Assembly: GCA_902633185.1 (NCBI GenBank)
Contig: CACPFN010000006.1
Coordinates: 1,530-65,529, forward strand
DNA: 64,000 nt
Direction of reading: 5' to 3'
From: an uncultured Pelagibacteraceae bacterium
GTDB taxonomy: Bacteria > Pseudomonadota > Alphaproteobacteria > Pelagibacterales > Pelagibacteraceae
The notes below the pieces were generated by a model. It had not been told where the DNA came from. It saw only the letters and a program-made list of their open reading frames with translations, and did not search any database. Made by a program: the position numbers and the translations under genes. Positions 63,250 to 64,000 of the stretch are shown here, piece after piece (within the stretch, counting starts at the first letter, position 1; every line of letters starts with the position of its first letter).

Positions 63250-63810
63250 TTGAAAAAAATATTATTTTTAATTTTATTTTTATTATGCCAAAGCAATACT
63301 TTTTCTAATGATATGATTTTAGATAAATTAAAAAATCCCAAAATAACAAATCAATCCCAAAAGTGGAATTTTATTACAGATCAAGTCATGGGAGGTGTAT
63401 CAACAGGAAAATTTATAGTTGAGAAAGTTGATGGAGTACCGTGCTATAGAATGACAGGAGATGTATCAACTAAAAATAATGGCGGATTTATACAAATGAG
63501 AACAAAATTAAGTCCTGAAATTAATAGCAAAGACTATGATGGAGTATATGTAAAAGTTTATGGTAATGAAAAACAATATAGTCTTCATTTAAGAACTGGA
63601 TTAACATTAGCTCCATGGCAATATTATAGCTATGCTTTTACTACAACAAAAAATTGGATTGAAATTCGTGCTCCATTTGAACAATTTATAAAATCTAATT
63701 TCTATCAACCTAAAAGTATATTGGGACAAAGCATAAAATCAGTCGGGTTAGTTGCGGGTTTTGATGATTTTAAATCAGATATTTGCTTAAGTGAAATTGG
63801 ATTTTACTAA
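63250..63810 (+). CDS. CIA30-family protein with signal peptide
   Basis: W.FITDQVMGGVS.G, G.VS..NNGGFIQ.R; likely TTG start at 63250 giving MKKILFLILFLL signal peptide. Confidence 0.85.
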   Translation: MKKILFLILFLLCQSNTFSNDMILDKLKNPKITNQSQKWNFITDQVMGGVSTGKFIVEKVDGVPCYRMTGDVSTKNNGGFIQMRTKLSPEINSKDYDGVYVKVYGNEKQYSLHLRTGLTLAPWQYYSYAFTTTKNWIEIRAPFEQFIKSNFYQPKSILGQSIKSVGLVAGFDDFKSDICLSEIGFY

Positions 63811-63999
63811 TTATTTAATTAAAAATTCCTCAAGTGTTTTAAATAATGCATTTATATCACCATCATTATTTTGGATTATAGAATTAAACTCTTCTTTTTG
63901 CGTTCTTGCTAAACTTAATCCCTCTACAATTAGATCCCTTATTAAAGGTCTATCAGGATTTTTTGTATAAATTCTCCAATCTATTTTTACCTGAGGTCT
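63811..63999 (-). CDS. mlaC: MlaC/Ttg2D phospholipid-binding protein, C-terminal part (start beyond window)
   Basis: Manual translation RPQVKIDWRIYTKNPDRPLIRDLIVEGLSLARTQKEEFNSIIQNNDGDINALFKTLEEFLIK*; D..VEG.S....Q..EF motif. Confidence 0.8.
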   Translation of the reverse strand, partial: RPQVKIDWRIYTKNPDRPLIRDLIVEGLSLARTQKEEFNSIIQNNDGDINALFKTLEEFLIK

Positions 64000-64000
64000 T

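Noticed and set aside
61134-63810. Prophage or integrative element at the tRNAs
   Set aside because: No integrase, phage genes or separate duplicated tRNA 3' fragment within the window

Overview
AT-rich, very densely coded alphaproteobacterial chromosome segment. Gene content, order and near-zero intergenic spacing point to SAR11/Pelagibacterales (inference). Most of it is core genome: the end of the cytochrome c oxidase cluster, thrC, a ~12.6 kb minus-strand run (dciA-dsbA-smc-atpIBEF'F-crtIBY-blh-ispH-thrB-rnhA), mutY, ccrM, rnhB, ispE, cca, petABC, ychF-pth-rplY-prs, a MarR/OmpR/HK trio, uvrBC, trxB, carAB, dnaG-rpoD, and three tRNAs (Gln-TTG, Val-GAC, Ile2-CAT). I see no CRISPR, rRNA, transposase or integrase. 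Most notable: (1) an 857-aa SMC with intact ATPase head motifs but no recognisable hinge domain, replaced by a ~65-aa helical apex; (2) a tRNA-Val(GAC) with a co-varied non-canonical elbow (T-loop AGCGTAA, D-loop A18) whose first base is the last base of the rpoD stop codon; (3) a one-gene islet between prx and rnhA carrying phased GGTACA repeats and a Xer/integrase-like core site; (4) a net-basic sigma70 region 1.1; (5) a MutY lacking the FSH 8-oxoG loop; (6) paired GANTC sites inside the ccrM promoter; (7) single-gene accessory slots (DUF2142-like GT-C between two tRNAs; a secreted hydrolase splitting the SDR-folB pair). All calls come from reading motifs by eye; no database searches were run.
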